Shown: positions 63,506 to 64,000 of the stretch, one piece after another
Layout: each line of letters opens with the position of its first letter
Numbering within the stretch: position 1 is the stretch's first letter
Source of the DNA: a virus
Taxonomy: Duplodnaviria > Caudoviricetes
Length of the DNA: 64,000 bases
Virus record (IMG/VR): IMGVR_UViG_3300042090_001530
Span: 96,001 to 160,000 of that record
Direction: 5' to 3' (one strand)
Made by a program: the position numbers and the translations under genes
The notes under the pieces: model-generated
Databases searched by the model: none
What the model was told of the DNA's origin: nothing
What the model saw: the letters and a program-made list of their open reading frames with translations, nothing else

Positions 63506-63924
63506 GGCGCTTCCTCGTCCGGTACTGGGACCGCCTTGTACGTGTCCACGAGTTCGCGGCCGTGCCGGTTGCACACCAGAGTTTCGGCGCCGACGCCCCC
63601 GAACGTGCCGTCGGGCGTCACGGCTGCGACGATGACGGTCGTCTCGGCGGGGTCTACGCACTGGGCGAGCTTGCCGCTGGCCGGGTTCTGGGCGTGGAAG
63701 CCGCACTGCGGCGCAGCCTCATCGGTCTCGGGCGTCCGCGTTTCTTCGTCGACCACTTCGTCTCCTTCGACGGGTAGGCGCCGCGAGGACTCGGCGAGCG
63801 CCTTGAAGAAGACGGCCACGGCTGCGGGTGCGTCGCTCATGCTGATCCCGCTGTCGGCCCAGAGTTTGAGGCCGTCGGTCGTAATGTCGCTGGCCCGGAT
63901 GCCGCCGAGGTTGATGCCATCCAC
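63502..63924 (-). CDS. hypothetical protein
   Basis: AAGGAG RBS, GTGA overlap. Confidence 0.6.
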   Translation of the reverse strand: MDGINLGGIRASDITTDGLKLWADSGISMSDAPAAVAVFFKALAESSRRLPVEGDEVVDEETRTPETDEAAPQCGFHAQNPASGKLAQCVDPAETTVIVAAVTPDGTFGGVGAETLVCNRHGRELVDTYKAVPVPDEEAP

Positions 63925-64000
63925 GGTCAGTCTCCTTCGGTTGCGAGGACGAGCTTGACGATCAGTGTGAGGTCGTCTTTCTCGACGTAGAGGAGTCGCC

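Noticed and set aside
1-64000. Integrase, att sites, terminase, virion genes, reverse transcriptase, cas genes, Ro60/TROVE
   Set aside because: No matching motifs in the ORF track, so phage versus plasmid identity and element boundaries cannot be fixed from this window

Overview
High-GC actinobacterial DNA with the gene content of a large temperate phage or phage-plasmid early/accessory region. It holds about 140 mostly small, translationally coupled ORFs in two converging arms (+ strand 1-36.9 kb, mostly - strand 36.9-64 kb). No capsid, tail, terminase or integrase gene is visible. Recognisable parts: the C-terminus of DnaB; three tandem double-LuxR-HTH genes; two complete IS200/IS605 elements (tnpA+tnpB) with base-resolved ends; GIY-YIG and HNH nucleases; an LPD29 protein; WhiB; a GT-C/GT2/GH26 polysaccharide cassette; an RNB-dsRBD-dsRBD ribonuclease; DUF1643; an HTH replication initiator with internal 23-bp iterons and a coupled leader ORF; CspA; a DUF6221-like paralog array; a GntR/HATPase/radical-SAM/PIMT-like cassette; and a Pnk-type phosphatase beside an RlaP-like nucleotidyltransferase. 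The most striking signal is a + strand island (52.1-53.7 kb). There a conserved DUF7873-like gene is followed by two tandem, circularly permuted tRNA-like modules (YrlA-like topology), each preceded by the same 12-nt motif, with no Ro60/TROVE gene in the window. All family assignments come from motif recognition by eye, not from database searches.
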